A stretch of DNA of 64,000 nucleotides, taken from Candidatus Multivoradales bacterium. GTDB lineage: Bacteria > Acidobacteriota > Thermoanaerobaculia > Multivoradales > JAHEKO01. Where the stretch lies: positions 3,072,001-3,136,000 of the forward strand of contig CBDFIJ010000004.1 in assembly GCA_965248055.1 (NCBI GenBank), in the 5' to 3' direction. A program made the position numbers and the translations under genes. Positions 62,842-64,000 of this stretch are shown here, one piece after another. Positions within the stretch are counted from its first letter, which is position 1; every line of letters starts with the position of its first letter. Below the pieces are notes generated by a model. It was not told the origin of the DNA. It worked only from the letters and a program-made list of their open reading frames with translations, and did not search any database.

Positions 62842-64000
62842 CTACCGATCAATAAAGAACGGACTCGACCACGCGGCGCCAAAGCCACGCTGGCGCACCC
62901 GGACGTAGAGGTAGGAAATCTTGCGGGTGTCGAGCGTCAGGTCCCAGGAACCAAAGACACCGGACTTAACCGGGTGCTCGGCGATCACCGCTCCATCAAC
63001 GATCACTTCAAAGGTTGCTAGCTGCTCTGTGCCGGCAGCAAATATGCGCAAGAGGGCTGCTGAGTTACCGGCAACCTCGGACCCCATTTCCATTCCATCG
63101 AGACGCGCGCGTAACAGGATTCTGGGCCCGTTGGTGGCATAGCTGCGGCGGGTGCGCAGTGCTTCCAGAATGTCAGCTCGGGAGTTGCTCTTGCTGAATA
63201 CCGCTGCCATGCCACCACTGGGTGAGGCCAGGTGTGCCAGCCCGGGATGGCCATCGTGACTGTCGCCGCTACCGACGAAACCTAGGTTGTAGCCTCGGTC
63301 CAGGGCATCGCGGACAAATTGACCTGGTTTCGCCCCGGTGACCAGCCCTCGGTCGTCGTCGGCTTCACTGGAACCGTGTACTGAAACGATCTCGGTAATC
63401 GGTTCCAGGACTGGATCAGGGGTGATCGACCAATCGGTCGGGATCGGTGCCCCTGCGGAATGGTGGGCAAAGGTCAAAGCAGGGAGACCTGTGAGCGCCG
63501 CCCAAAGCTGCTGTGGATGCTCGGTCTCGCGGTTGAGAGAGGAGAACATCGGGCCACGATCGGCAAAGTACACTACGTGGCGATGACCGTAGATCCAACT
63601 GGTCCACTCGTATCCCAGCAGGGCGACAAATCGATCTGGCTGATGGGCTACTGCTACCGCTTGGCGAATACGCTGCCAGCTTTGCGGCGCGCCGTCGAGC
63701 GGCTCCAAGCCCCAGTGGTCGTGGTCGGTAATCGCCGCGAAATCCAGCGCAGCCACTTGCTGTGCGTACCAGAAGTAATCTTCCGGAGTGCCGGTACCGT
63801 CAGACAGGCCGGTGTGCCCGTGTAGGTCGCCCCATAGGATTCGCGGGAATTTTTCACTGGCGAGCATGGGATTGCTCAACGCTGAATCAAGGTCAGCTCC
63901 ATGAATCTCGACTCGGTAAAAACCCTCTGTTTCGACCGTGAGCATCTCGCTGCCGGTTCCCTGTTGGATCGTCACTTGTCTCGGTCCCGATAAGCCACTG
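62842..64000 (-). CDS. PHP-fold metallohydrolase (CehA/McbA, DUF3604-like), 5' end probably outside window
   Basis: WGDLHGHTGLSDG, ITDHD, GYEWTS..GHRHV, GSGDSHDG, YATNGPRI, AWSSP. Confidence 0.85.
   Translation of the reverse strand, partial: SGLSGPRQVTIQQGTGSEMLTVETEGFYRVEIHGADLDSALSNPMLASEKFPRILWGDLHGHTGLSDGTGTPEDYFWYAQQVAALDFAAITDHDHWGLEPLDGAPQSWQRIRQAVAVAHQPDRFVALLGYEWTSWIYGHRHVVYFADRGPMFSSLNRETEHPQQLWAALTGLPALTFAHHSAGAPIPTDWSITPDPVLEPITEIVSVHGSSEADDDRGLVTGAKPGQFVRDALDRGYNLGFVGSGDSHDGHPGLAHLASPSGGMAAVFSKSNSRADILEALRTRRSYATNGPRILLRARLDGMEMGSEVAGNSAALLRIFAAGTEQLATFEVIVDGAVIAEHPVKSGVFGSWDLTLDTRKISYLYVRVRQRGFGAAWSSPFFIDR

Overview
GC-rich bacterial chromosomal window; the Oar-type TonB receptor and general gene content suggest an Acidobacteriota-like host (inference). 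1-20 kb and 58-64 kb hold mostly housekeeping genes (MrfA-like helicase fused to a DEDD exonuclease, TonB receptor, LOG, M1 peptidase, acyltransferase, FabI, SSS transporter, HU, DUF885, YceI, PhzF, TerC, PDZ protein, PHP hydrolase). The ~38 kb accessory core (20-58 kb), with an IS3 copy near each end, contains: (i) an Elp3-type radical SAM/GNAT gene divergent from a Trm9-like methyltransferase; (ii) a RiPP cluster with one Cys-containing precursor and two tandem HPr-kinase-like/PqqD(RRE)/radical SAM modules; (iii) three tandem, near-identical ~2,240-aa secreted lectin/GEVED/C25-peptidase genes whose strongest divergence lies in an F-type lectin domain; (iv) an IS621-like IS110 whose bridge-RNA guides can be read from the sequence, plus an orphan bridge RNA whose target guide co-varies with its own insertion site; (v) a GIY-YIG nuclease embedded in GTCATCCC palindromic repeats that are tied to several spacer-less tandem arrays. 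No rRNA, tRNA or CRISPR array was seen.
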